A stretch of 63,594 bases of DNA, filler included, from Folioceros fuciformis (taxonomy: Eukaryota): assembly GCA_049999805.1 (NCBI GenBank). It is 11 parts of 11 records of this genome, joined end to end, with 100 filler letters (N's around TTAATTAATTAA, not from the genome) between each part and the next. Parts side by side here need not be neighbours in the genome. Positions count along the whole stretch, not along the records: positions 23,273 to 40,940 come from JBNGIO010002095.1; positions 41,041 to 48,988 come from JBNGIO010002096.1; 9 more parts are not named here. One strand, 5' to 3'. The translations under genes were made by a program, and so were the position numbers. This document shows positions 34,936-47,223 of this stretch, in pieces. Numbering within the stretch: position 1 is the first letter of the stretch; every line of letters starts with the position of its first letter. The notes under the pieces are model-generated. The model made no database searches and was not told the origin of the DNA. It worked only from the letters and a program-made list of their open reading frames with translations.

Positions 34936-35292
34936 CAGGGAAGACGCGATCCAGCTTCCTCGCAGCAGTACAGGTGTCGGCTTTCATCTGGTACAGCGTC
35001 CATTGCGCGCTACGCCACTTCGAGGCAAAGGGTCGAGGGAAGCTGCCGTGCAATTCCTGGGTGCTGGTTTGCTCGGGAACATGGAGTGGGGCACAAGCAA
35101 CAACGAGCTTAGAAATTTCCCCGAGCATGCACGGCCGACAGGGAAGACGCGATCCAGCTTCCTCGCAGCAGTACAGGTGTCGGCTTATGGTCGAGGGAAG
35201 CTGCCGTGCAATTCCTGGGTGCTGGTTTGCTCGGGAACATTTAGTGGGGGCACAAGCAATAACGAGCTTAGAAATTTCCCTTAGCATGCACG
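34936..35292. repeat. ~200-bp tandem duplication with internal deletion between the divergent AAA genes
   Basis: cagggaagacgcgatccagcttcctcgcagcagtacaggtgtcggctt and ggtcgagggaagctgccgtgcaattcc...aacgagcttagaaatttccc each occur twice. Confidence 0.85.
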
Positions 35293-35643
35293 GTGCAGCC
35301 GGCTTGGGCTGCTTCCTCTGCTCAGATTCCTGTGTGGGTCCCGTGCAATTTTACTCACTGCACAAGCGCACTCATTAAAATATCCTCGGCCTGCACATGC
35401 CGCTGACGGTGAAGATGCAGAGGACCTCACCAACAGCCTCACGAGTCTGAGTGCGTTGTGGGTCCATGATTGGCTTGGAATCGCTCGCTTGTCTGCTACG
35501 TTGAGCACTTCGCGAGAGGCTCCTACAGTCAAAAGTGGATGTAAGAGTCAGAACTGACACCGACCTGTAGCTTCCTCCTGACCCGAACGACTGCTCCAGG
35601 AACTTGCATCCACTCGTCCTCTAAATAGGATTTTCTTGCTTCC

Positions 35644-35650
35644 TATAAAG
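35644..35650 (+). promoter_or_regulatory. Putative TATA box for the plus-strand AAA gene
   Basis: cctataaag about 265 nt upstream of ATG 35910; based on position only. Confidence 0.4.
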
Positions 35651-35909
35651 CCAGCCCTGGTCGAGATCCTTGTTGCCCACAAGCCAAACAGCAGGCTGGC
35701 TTGCTGTTACCGCCTGCGTTCTTCCAGCTCTAGTAGCGTGACCTAGTGTGGTGCCATGCTCTCCCAGGGAAGTGCTAAGGAGCTGGTCATAAACAGCTCC
35801 GCAGGTAATGCCCTCCCTTCTCTGAGGCGGGATTGGAATTGTTTGGCCCAGCAGCTTGGTTTTCTCACTGTATCACTACTGCGTGGAAGCAGAATTGCTC
35901 CGGTCGACA

Positions 35910-37707
35910 ATGACAGGACATGTGGCAGACCCGGGCAGCATCCTCCAGCTGGGAGCCATGATCACAGCACTGTTGGGATTCTGGACCATCCTGCAGCAGA
36001 TGATCCCGAAGGACTACATCGTCAGCGCTAAAGATTGGATGATGCCGTACTTCGACAGGTTCAATCGCTATGCTTATTACGAAATTAACGAGAACGTCGG
36101 GCAAACGCCCAACGAATTGTTCGATGGCGTACAGGCGCATCTCAGCTTGGCCACTGCCCAAACGGCGCATAAAGCATCCTTGATCAAGTCCAAAGGTGCT
36201 GCAAAGATCAGCTACAAAATGAGTACCGGCAGTGACTGGACAGTGGAGAACTTTCAAGGACATCCCATGTGGTGGAAGTTCAGTCAGGTTAATAACCACG
36301 CATTGAGGATCGGTGACTACGGCGGACAGACTACAGAGGAAGGGACCGGCGTCTTCACTCTCAAGATACTTAAGAAGCACAAGGGGAAGGTAATTGCGCA
36401 CCTCACCTGGCTCTTTTTGATTTGCCCTGCTTGATATAGGGCCAGGGTTGTCTGATGTCGGCAATGCGGTGCAGATCTTGGACAACTATTTAGACCACAT
36501 TATGGTCAATGCGAAGAAGTTGAAGCATGTGAACCGGGAGCGGCAGCTATATACCAACTCTGGAGGAATGGCTTGGCAGAGCCGGCTGTGGGCTTCCATC
36601 CCCCTGAAGCATCCTTCCAGCTTTGACACACTTGCCCTGGATCCTGGTCTGAAAGCTGAGGTTCTGGATGACCTGATGGAGTTTGTCAAGAGTGAGGCAT
36701 TCTACAAAAGGGTTGGGAGGGCCTGGAAGAGGGGTTACCTGCTTTACGGACCTCCAGGAACCGGCAAGTCAAGCATGATCGCTGCCATGGCTAACTTTCT
36801 CAACTATGACATATACGACCTGGAATTGACACAGGTGCGCGATAACGCGGAGCTGAGGAAGCTACTCTTGCAGACAACCAGCGAATCGATTATTGTGATC
36901 GAGGATATTGACTGCAGCATCGACCTGACAAACCGTGCAAAGGAGAAGAAAGAGGGGGAAGAGAAGAAAGAGGGGGAAGAGAAGAATAAGAGACAGGCTA
37001 AGAAGAAAGATGGAGTTACTCTCTCTGGACTGCTCAACTTTACAGACGGGATATGGTCTTGCTGCGGATCCGAGAAAATCATTATCTTCACCACCAACCA
37101 TATCAACAAGCTTGACCCAGCTCTGCTCCGCGCTGGCCGCATGGACATGAAAATTCATCTGTCCTTTTGCCAGTTCCCTGCTTTTAAAGTGCTTGCAAAA
37201 AATTACTTGGGAATCGAGCATCACGACATGTATGATCTGGTGGAACAGGCCATGGAAGGGGCGCACATGACTCCAGCAGATGTGGCGGAGTACCTCATCC
37301 ACAGCAGTGATGCCGAGACGGCTCTCACAGACCTCATTGCAGCTCTAGAGAGGAACAAGCTGGAGCCACTGCCCAATGAAGACGACAAGGATGCTGCCTC
37401 GGCTGAGGAGATTGCACGCGAAGGGGACAGTGGTGGGATAGGAAGCAAGACTGACGATGAAGCCCATGTGCAGGAGACGAAAGACCATCGACAAGCGTCT
37501 GCAGGTGACGATGCTGGTACCAGTACGCAGAGTGTAGCGGCAGGAATTGGGGAACCGCACGCGCCGGGGCAGAGAGACGATGTGCAGCAGGAACATTCCA
37601 AGCCCACTCTTGAAGCAGAAATCGGTGGCAAGTGTCAAACCATGCAAGAAACGATTGCAGCGGAGGCCAGCTCTGAGAGTACTACAGCCCAAATGCTGGG
37701 AACGTGA
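35910..37707 (+). CDS. BCS1-like plant AAA-ATPase, 2 exons, acidic disordered C-tail
   Basis: HPSSFDTLA, GYLLYGPPGTGKSS, IIVIEDIDC, TLSGLLNFTDG, LDPALLRAGRMD. Intron 36390-36474 at the same protein position as in the paralog. Confidence 0.95.
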
Positions 37708-38904
37708 TCCGTACGAGGCGCGACTTCGAGATTGCGCAACCCACGCAAAACTTCCGTAGTATGTACTGGTCAAGCCTCGTCAGGTTGTGAAAAGGAACTT
37801 TTTGCTATCCGTGATGGCAGATCTGCAGAACAGTTAAGAGGCTTCCAATTTTGTCCAACTGGCCTTGACAGATTAGTTATCTGGACTACAAAAAATGCAG
37901 GAGACCGGGCTTTGCCACAACCGCAACTGCTGCGCGCTGCTCTGGTGCCGCAGATTTTCCTGGGATTTCGGTGTTGCTGGCTTTTCATCATGTCCAACCA
38001 AGTCTCTCGGCGGAAAATGCCGCGAATGTTGGCTCCTTTGTGTCTTCGATTATTCTACAAAATCAGTGGTGAGAGCAGTGGCAGACCCACCTGGCCTTTT
38101 GTCCGTCTTCTCAGCCAGAGGGATTCGCTATCTAGCTCTGACCTATCAGTCAACCTTTCTTCTCGATCTTTCTCGAATGAAGCCACCTTCTTCCAAGCTC
38201 ATAGTTGCTTTCTTAGCGAATCAGAGGAACAAAGAACCATTTCACACCTAAGCATACACCAGAAACACGAGACAAAGTATGTAAAAATGATGGCACTACA
38301 TTAGAAAGAATGATTCCGTGAAACTTCGACAGGACAGGCTAGCTTGCGCTTAGCTTGTCACATATGATAACTGCACAATATGCATACCGTATTCTAGATC
38401 GTCAGGCTACGGTTATGAAGCTAGAAACGTTTATGGCCAGCTCCACTCTACAAACTCACCCTTGGCTTCGGGAGGAGGACACCTGTCCTTATCAATGTGC
38501 ACCTGTTCTTCGATCTCTCCGAATGGTTTGATTTGCTCACAAAATTTTGAAAGCCCGAAGAATCATAACTACGACGGTGAAGCCGAGGTGGGCAAAACTG
38601 GAACACCTGTCGTGCTCGCTGTCAGAATCCCCTTGTGACCCACAACATTTCTGCTGCTACGAGTTTTTTTACACCCGCAGGCAAAGCTGTCTCTCTCGAC
38701 TGACTTCCCACTTCTCATAAACCTTGCCAGCAGGAACATGAGCCTTGGGGGTTTCCACCATGCACAACACGAGCTGCGTCCAGAATGGTTATGTAACCGT
38801 GGAGTGGGAGCTCGTGCTACAGAGGACGCATACTATTAAGAGATTCCACGTTTATTCTCCTTCTCCTGGCTTGCCTGGCGGTGAATCTAGACTTTGAGTC
38901 CACA

Positions 38905-40940
38905 TCAAAGGGCTCCGGTCCTGTTCAAGCTTGCCATCATGTAGGATTTGAACTGGGTCCGATCCATCTTTGTCAAAGGATGCCAGTCGTGCACGCACAT
39001 CCTGTTCTCCACATCATAGTGCCACATCCCGTTGGCCACAAATCGCTCCGTCTTGTTGCCCTTGCCCGCAATCCAGTTGTTATGCAGCATGAGGCAGCCC
39101 AGATTCAAGCACGCTTCAGTCACATCCGGCTGCTCCCAGATCTTGTAGACAGCTCCGTTGGGGTAAAGTTTGCGGTCAAGGAATATGGTTCTGAGCCCAT
39201 TGTCGAAGACGCACTCGGTGTCACTGACCTTCTTCTCACCCTTAACGCCACACAGAACATCGTAGAAGCTGGGCTGCTCGGACAGCTTGGTACCTGCAGC
39301 ATGGGTCACAATCGCCTGGAAGGCCTCGATGGTCATGTTATCTGCCCGGGCGTAGTAAAAGCCCGAGTTGATCCTCCGGATGCCACTCCCGGGAATGGCG
39401 TCATTGGGCTCGTTACTCTGAATCGGAAGAGTTCCAGGCCCGTATGACATCATGTCCGGCAGCGGATTCTTCATCCACGCTATGTCCACATCCGTCCAAA
39501 GCACATTGTACCCAGCCCTGAGAACATTCAGCACCGCCCGAGACTTGAGCTTGGTGAACTGCCTGAAACATTGGGAGCCGAAGGGACACTCCGCCGTGCT
39601 CAGGTTTCCGAACGTGGCAGGGATGTTTTCCAAATATACCGGCAGCCCCTGCGTGAAGGCATACTTGTACAAATCTTCTTCCAGCGCCGCAATCAGCACG
39701 TTCTTGATGCCCATCTTGTTCACCCGGCAGATGAAATTCAGCAACATCTCCTTGTATCCCGCCGTGACGGCCACCAGCACCACGGTGTTGTTTTCATCCG
39801 CCACCTCCGGCAACAGCTGGTCCAGCGTCCAGGGCAGCCCTGGCACGGAGTTCTTGTTGGGCACAGGGTCGATCTCAAAAGGCTGGTCCACCGACACCGA
39901 CCCGCACCGCCACCTGTTCACCTCCAGCTTGGGCTCCGTCTGGGTGTTGTTGACGTGCGAGCTGTATTCGCAGGTACAAGAGGCCGGCTTCACCCGCTTG
40001 GTCATGCACAGGTTGCCCAAATGGGGCTCAATACAAGTCACCATCTTCCAGGGAATGTGCAGTGCAGTGCCCATCTGGTTGACAAAGCTGCCCACAGTCT
40101 GCGAAAGATGGATGTTGGAAAAGGCTTCCCAACTCTTCCTCTTGTTGGAGCTCCAAAAGTTGACAGGCGCAGAGTCGTTCCCAGTCCCTACATGGGCGTA
40201 AGCATGGGCAACATGGATGTTGACAATGGCATCACTGGCATCCACAACCGCCCTCTCCCCAGCCTCCACCACCATGTGGTGTGTCAGCCAATTGTCATAC
40301 CTCCCTCTCCCAAAGCTGAAGGGTGGCATAATGGTCTCGTGCAATGGAATGTCAGGGTCCCTCACATTCCAGGCCCAGAAATCCACCCCACCGTAGGTAT
40401 GCAGCACCCCGAGTGACCTGCCATGGGCGGCGACCTCGGCATCCGTCACTTTCTCCCCAGACCCGGCCCTCACCAAATCCACCACGCCATTCCCCCGGTG
40501 CACAAACCGGTACGGCAGCGTCTGCATGTCCCACCGCATAGCCGTCAGAATCCAATTGTCGAACATCTTGGCCGTCTTCTGCATTGCCACCAGGAAGTCC
40601 TCCAGCAGAATGATGTCCCCGTTGATGACCATGGAAACATTGGTGTCCGCATTCCTAGCCCTGTACATGATGCTGTGGAACATTGGCATTCCCCGCATGT
40701 TGTAATCAATATCCTCCTCCACGGTCACAGTCCCCTCCGGAAACTCACTGGCTATGGCGGCCAGAGATGGGTCGTCCCCGAGCAGCACGATCTTAGGCCT
40801 GGGCTGGAGGCGGAGCCACGACAGCAGCGCCCGCCGTTGTGCGTCATCGGGATCCTCCATGTCGAACGGCTTGGGCGCGCAGAAAATGGTCAAGGAGAGC
40901 TCCAAATCCGGCTGCTGCACCACCCCAGCCCTTGCCTCCC
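38905..40940 (-). CDS. RAY1: GT77 nucleotide-diphospho-sugar transferase, RAY1-like beta-arabinofuranosyltransferase; 5' truncated by gap
   Basis: LTIFCAPKPF, ALLSWLRL, PPFSFGRGRYDNWL, YKEMLLNFICR, CPFGSQCFRQFTKLKSRAVL, VLWTDVD (DxD), RRINSGFYYAR, SEQPSFYDVLCG, HNNWIAG; 672+ aa with no intron. Confidence 0.85.
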
Positions 40941-41796
40941 NNNNNNNNNNNNNNNNNNNNNNNNNNNNNNNNNNNNNNNNNNNNTTAATTAATTAANNNN
41001 NNNNNNNNNNNNNNNNNNNNNNNNNNNNNNNNNNNNNNNNCAGCAGGAGCGGCCGGCCAACTGCCGTTCCGGCCACTCGCACCTGCCAATCAGATGGCAG
41101 GGGACGGATAAGCCAAGCATACCTTCACAATTTTATTATTATCAAAACTCCTAGCAAGTCCCCCATCCCGGTATTGATTGGAGCATGGGATGCTTATCTC
41201 CGGAGTTTTGTACATCAGCACCATCTCACCAAACCACAACAATAACTGCGCAAGGTTTTGGATATATTAGTTTTTTTCAAGTTCTCAATTTTACTTGGGC
41301 TAATATCTTTTGATCTAGTGGGAGTCTACAAGCCTAAGTAGACTCATTTTGAAACTAGTTTTCACCCCTACATCCATAGTGAGTGGGAGTGATGAAATAT
41401 ATCTAGTTTAGGGTACTATTCATTTGGGCCACATCACTTTAAACATTATATTATCATCTAGGGCATTAGGTAGTTACCTATTTAGTTGCTCTAGGTAGTT
41501 AGTTGTTATATTACTTATAACTACTTATGGTTATAACTACTTATGGTTACAACTACTTACAGTTGTAACCACCTAACAAGCTCAACCACCTAGCCTATAT
41601 AAAGGCTTGTACTTTACTCTTTAATTTATTGCATTCTATCTTTTGCATCTAAGAGCAAGGCGTGATTTTCATCATCAACCAATTTTGCTCTACCTTGAGT
41701 AGCTCAATATAGCTATTCTAAAGCTATTACGAAGTGAGCAAGCTTTTTAAAGCTTAATTACTTCATACTATGCTCACTTTGTAATTCAGCTGCTGC

Positions 41797-42040
41797 GCAT
41801 CAGAGCCAAAATATCTTCTTTTAATGTGACTATGCTCAAGCCATCTGGCGGGAGGTTGAGATATGGTTGCAAGACCTTTCCCCAAATATGAGCATAGCTA
41901 TTACGGAGAAAAGCATGGTGCATAAGAGCTAAAATATCTTCTTTCAATGTGACTGTGCTCAAGCCATCTTGCGGGAGGTTGAGATATGGTTGCAAGACCT
42001 CTCCCCAAATATGAACATAGCTATTACGGAGAAAAGCATG
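41797..42040. repeat. 123-bp tandem duplication within an LTR-like repeat region (shorter 23-bp and ~27-bp tandem units at 42175-42235 and 42320-42377)
   Basis: aaaatatcttc...ggttgagatatggttgcaagacct...gctattacggagaaaagcatg at 41808 and 41931. Confidence 0.85.
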
Positions 42041-42491
42041 CTTTTTGGCCTTAAGGGTGCCTCAAGTAACCCCGCTTGGAGTTCTTGCTTGTATGGCTTA
42101 GCAAACAATTTGGGAACATATGCTAATTTCTGTGGCAAGCTTCCTCTATCTCTTGAGCCCTTGCTCTAGCAAGTTTGGGAACATATGTAGAGCAGGGTTG
42201 GGAACATATGTAGAGCAGGGTTGGGAACATATGTTAATTTTTGTAGAAGGGCTAAGGGCAGTGCACCCTCGCAAATTCAAGCGTAAGAACTACAATATGG
42301 TGGCCTTAGAGCTCACTTGAGAACCTTGGAGAGGAAAACTAGCCTTGGAACCTTGGAGAGGAAAACTAGCCTTGGAGTGCACTTTACAAGCTTTCGTAAG
42401 GACCTGAAGACTATGAGGTTTGCAAAGTAGCCTTGGGGTAAGCTCTTGCATAGAAGGGAAAATTGAATATGACATAGGATCTTGGACGAAG

Positions 42492-42558
42492 TTCTGGCAG
42501 TAGGATTTGAACCCACGCCCTTGCGGACCAAACCCTTAATCTAGCCTCTTAGACCAAC
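42492..42558 (-). pseudogene. 5'-truncated tRNA-Leu(AAG) pseudogene
   Basis: Minus strand GTTGGTCTAAGAGGCTAGATTAAGGGTTTGGTCCGCAAGGGCGTGGGTTCAAATCCTACTGCCAGAA resembles plant tRNA-Leu-AAG from the D-loop through the T-arm. The 5' acceptor strand is missing. Confidence 0.75.
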
Positions 42559-43180
42559 AACAACAACAACTTTATTTATGTCCACTAAGGATGGAAGAAC
42601 CGTCATGGGACAAAGATAGTACAGCATAAAAGAGGTTTAAAACGAGTACACTTACGTACGTCTGAACTAGAGAAGCAGTACCTGTACGAGGAAACAGAAA
42701 AGAAGGCGAAGACTACAAGGAGTTCAATAAGGACGGCCGAAGATCAAGAAGCTCAGAGAGATATAGTCCAGAGAGCCTAGGAATGTCGAAAGAAAAAAAT
42801 TTGCGCAGCGAGAAACCGGCACACTAAAAAAGAAGAGAGTAACAAGACCGAATATCGGCATAGGCAGGACAATAAAAGAGGAAGTGTGATTCAGATTCAA
42901 GATCCAAGGAGCAAAGCTTACATATCCTTTCATCTTGGAGAGGGGTAGGCTTGAGCCAACGGTCAGTCTCAATCTGGAGGTGGTGGGAGCTAACACGAAA
43001 TTGACCGATGAGTGTGCGAAGTTTGAAGGATAGGGGGAACTGAGGTAGCGGGGCAGGGTAGGAAATTTACCAAAGGAAGGATTAACTTAGAGCTCATCTT
43101 TGTAAAAGCAGAGTCTAGAAGTGATTGGGGAACGGAAAGAGAGGACTAGTTGAGGCGAAGATATTTTAATTTAAACGACG
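42555..43180 (-). mobile_element. 5'-truncated non-LTR retrotransposon (RTE-X/RTE-like) with (GTT)n tail
   Basis: The minus frame reads LIGQFRVSSHHLQIETDRW..DERICKLC..ESESHFLFYCPAYADIR (C-terminal CCHC finger), then one internal stop, a 3'UTR, aataaa and (GTT)5 at 42556-42570. Confidence 0.8.
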
Positions 43181-44133
43181 ATTGTAGCAATAGAATATAT
43201 ATTATTAAAATTTCAAGTCACTGCCAAGCTCCGGAGGAACAATGGTAAACACATCAGTAGCTGCACACTACAGGTCTGCGGTATTGCTTCACCAATAGAT
43301 TGATGACAATTTAAACTTGTGCCTACCTTGCAAGGTTTTAGTTTGCTGGATCAACAGAATGGCAATGCGGTAGCCAGAATGCTCCTCATTTGGGGACGCC
43401 ACGGCAGGTACGAGAATAACCAGAGCCACCGCAGTAGAAAGATCGGCCCCATGAAGAATGTCGAACTCTGTCTTGGTCGGTAAGCCCTTTAAACGTGACA
43501 GTGTATCACCCATCTGTGAAGGATCCGGGTATGTGTGTATTTGATGAAGGGAGTCTACATAGTACAGCTTTCTGATGCATGCTGCGTGCCGAAACCCTGT
43601 GTGGGCCATGGCACCACTGCCCATACCGGTGCTTGTGTGTAGTTATTAGACGGGACCAAGATTAGGAGAATGTATCTATTGTGGAACATACCACTGTCCA
43701 AGCATTAGTACTCCGTCAGGCCAGGTAGCCAGTATCAATACACCACCTTTTCTGGGCTGGTAATTTCACCTTTCTGTATTGTGAAGAAGCTACGGAGCAT
43801 TACAGGCGTATGGGGATTGATCTTCACCATCCCTGGACTTGTCTATCCCCTTCAACCGGTCTGATGGCGTCATTGAGAGATCTGCGATGATCCTCATGCT
43901 AGGATTGTGACTCAAAGGCTTTGGATCCTCTTTACGTAGACAAGATCTTCAGTTCCATGTGGATCTGACCTGATTCTCACCCTTTGTACTTCCTGCTAGA
44001 ACTTGTTGTTGCGCTGTGTGCTTTGGGTGGAAACGGCGCGGTTTTTGCTTCTTCTGTCAAGTTCATATCTACAAGATCACATCAGTGGCCTAGAACGGTA
44101 CATGCTTTCCAAGAGTTTGGAAGTAGTGGTGTA

Positions 44134-47100
44134 TCACAAAACTGGGCAGAATAGCATGTCCTTGACCATCCTCTTCATCTCACTCTCTGGTTTGGACCAC
44201 TCGTCGGTGCTGTAGTACAAGAAGTTGATTTCCGAAGACATTCCAAGGAAGAGAAGCCTGCCCTCTGGGTGCAGCAAGCTGGATGCGTCACCCTCGTCAT
44301 GAGTAAAGGCCAAACGCATCAACTGTTTGGTGGCCTCCTCTGCTTTCTGCAACAGCTGCTGCTCAGCCTCCTCCTCAGACAGGGACGGGTTTTGGCCCAT
44401 CCAGATCGTCACGCTGTTGAACTTCCCCATCTCCCTCTCCCTCTGCGCATGCACATATCCATTGTAGACGAATGAAAACCAGCATCCTGCGTCGTGTCAT
44501 ATCGCTGACAAGCCCAAGAGACAGTTCATTGGGGGAAAGTAGGGGTCCATGACACACTTACCCTGGTGGAACGGACGTCGTTGAGGAGCCTGCCCAAATG
44601 ACTGACAAGGTGCATGTGGAGAAGGTAGTCGGGGCCGTCCAGGATGTCATCCGACAGCTTGTTGGGCATGAACAGGAGGGTGCTTAGAAGGATAGGCTCT
44701 AAGGCGAAGGAAGGCTCTGCAGCCTTCAGGTACTCTTCCAGAGATGGCAGGTACCCTTTTGCGTTCCACTCGGCTTCTGTCAGCATTGCCTCCAGCACCC
44801 GGACATACTGCATTTCATGTTGACACATATGCCTGAATCAGGTCTGCCCTAGGTAGTCGAACTGATCGAAACAACCGCTGCGTTCAAGCAGTCATCCAAT
44901 TCACGAATTGCCCTTCATGATGCTTACCGAGGCTCGCAAGTGACGCCCAACATCCCGTCCTTGAAATCGAGCTGAAGAAGCAGCTTCGCTCATCGAGTTC
45001 ACAGTGTCGTAGATGGCGAAGAACAGGATTCGTTGCAGCTCGCTGCCATTTTGCACCAACAAGGGGTCCCACCTAGACGCAGTCACGAGTCCCTTGTCAT
45101 CCGGATTCATGACATGCGCCACCAAAGCAGTTCTAACGAGCAGCAGGCTCCCATGCAGGTCAAGCATTTGCAGGCACGGCCAACTAATACCTTCTGATTG
45201 CTCCGACAAATGTTTGCATTTCTGAGAATGGCTCCAGCTTCAAGTCAAAGTAGTCATCAGCCACAGTGAGCAGCACAGAGTTCTGTGTGCAGGCTGCCAG
45301 TGCTTCCCACAAGTCTGCTTGTGCTCCAGCCCCCAAAGCCCCGAAGTAACTTTCCGTGACCATCCCACGTTTGCCCATATTGATCTTATCGAGGTTGCAT
45401 TCGATATACCATCTGCACGCCATGTGCAACAGTAAGTTGAGAGGCAGCTCCTTGGATCTCGCCCTAAACTCTGCAGAGCATGCGCTCCTGCCACTCATGA
45501 AGCCAAAAATGTTCAAGCTTCTCCTCACCTTTCAAGCTTTTCAATCTCCTGTCGGTGCTTGCATTGCTCCAGATTGAAGTTCGCCTTTGCAAGCTCGAGG
45601 AGGCCCTGCTGATCGACGGAGGTGGGAGCCCAGCTGAGCCGAGATGCCGCATATCAACAACAAGGATTCGGACCTTGAGGCAACCTTACGACACCGCTAA
45701 AAACTCAGGTCGACAAGTTGAAGGGAGTCGAGCTACTTACAAATCAGGCTTGTGCCGCCCCTTAACATCACCAGTGGCAGCTGCAGGCCTTAATCTTGTA
45801 GCGAACTCATCGATGAATCTTCGCTGAGTGGATCGCCAAATGGTTGCTTTCCACGGACGACTCAGCTCAATGTTAACCTGCAGGAGCGCATGAGGGTACC
45901 AATAGCATGACAAACTGGTCTCGAAACCATGGAATCCCTGGAACCTGATGTGCTAAACGAAGCCAAAACGTCACACAAAATGGGAATTCCAAGCTCCGAC
46001 TCGGATCGATATAGTCGTAGAGGGAGTCACCTCATGTGAAAGGTCAGTGTTGAGGACTTCGTCCAGACAGCTGTTCTCGGCTTGCTTCCCTTTGAGCAGT
46101 CGGAAAGCCTGCGCCCTTCCTTCCTCCAACAGCGTTTCACCGAGATGCGCCCGTTGGCTGGCTCTGTAGAAGTTGAGAACGGTGGCAACGGAGTCTTCGT
46201 GAGACAGCAACTCTCCGTTGGGCTTCTTGAATTTGTCGAACACACCTGCTCACAAATCGCCCATTTGGAAGGTTGGCGAGCCAGGATATCATCTGCGGCG
46301 TCTTCGTTTCCCATCTTGAACTATACAGGAGACGATCATTCACTACAGAAGCGTCCGCTTCCAACGACGTATGAGGTCGTACCTTGAGAGACTTGAAATC
46401 CGTGCTGACGGAGCAGGAGGAAGGCAAGCGAGGTGTCCCGCAGGTTGTCCAGTCCCGCCTTCCTCGACCAGCAGTGCCTGCATTTATGTCCAGGAATCCA
46501 AGCACACCCTTCGCCTTAAGAACTCAAAATTGCGCACCAATCGTGAGTAAAAAATTAAAACGGTCTACAGGCCAACCAACCGAGGTCGCAGTACCTGTAC
46601 AACAGCGTCAAGAACTGCTCGATCTCCCACTTGAAGTGCGCAGAGAGAGCGAGGCGCTCCAGATTGTCGACCAGCGTGAGGCCGTCGAAGACCGTGGTAT
46701 TGAGATCCGAAACTGCAGCAAAAACACGACCCCGGTTCAGCGCACCTTCTTCACCAACATTTCTAGACTCCACAGGCGGCGACGAGAGCCCGACGTCAGC
46801 CCCGTGCGTACCAGCTCCGTCCAGCTGCAACACCGCGGCTTCCAGACGGCGTCTTGCCGTATCCGGTCGGATGGCGTCCACCCAGGAGGCGGCGCTCCGG
46901 GCACCATTTATCCCGCTCTCTGGAGCCGGTACCTCTAGCGAATTCTTCACGCGCAAGAGCAGCTCCTGCAGCGTCGCGCGATCCTCCACAACAGCAGTAC
47001 TAGAATAAGCAGCATCGCTGGTCCTGGAGGCAGCAGGGGTAGAGCTGCCCCTGCTTCCGGCCTGCATTATTATTCTGCACGGGGTGGCTCGACCCCGCGG

Positions 47101-47223
47101 CATCCGGATCTGCGCATGCAAATGCCCCGGCGCTCCCGCCGAACATGTACCGGCTCCGGTACCCGTGGCGGGAAGACGTCTCCACCCCAGGCTAGTCGGC
47201 AGGCGGGTGCCAAAGGATGCCAT
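44134..47223 (-). CDS. Plant class I terpene synthase (ent-kaurene-synthase-like, TPS-e/f type), apparently beta-alpha two-domain; ~9 exons
   Basis: Transit peptide; LVDNLERLALSAHFKWEI, DTSLAFLLLRQHGFQVS, VLNFYRASQ, LLELAKANFN, TVADDYFD (DDxxD at 45244-45258), YLPSLEEYL, RLLNDVRSTRRE (NSE/DTE), GKFNSV. TATA-like tctatatatc at ~47421-47430. Confidence 0.88.

Noticed and set aside
43289-43900. 111-aa ORF downstream of the terpene synthase
   Set aside because: No recognisable homology or splice structure
8644-47223. HAD phosphatase + terpene synthase + glycosyltransferases as a biosynthetic gene cluster
   Set aside because: They lie on different contigs separated by artificial spacers, so there is no evidence of physical linkage
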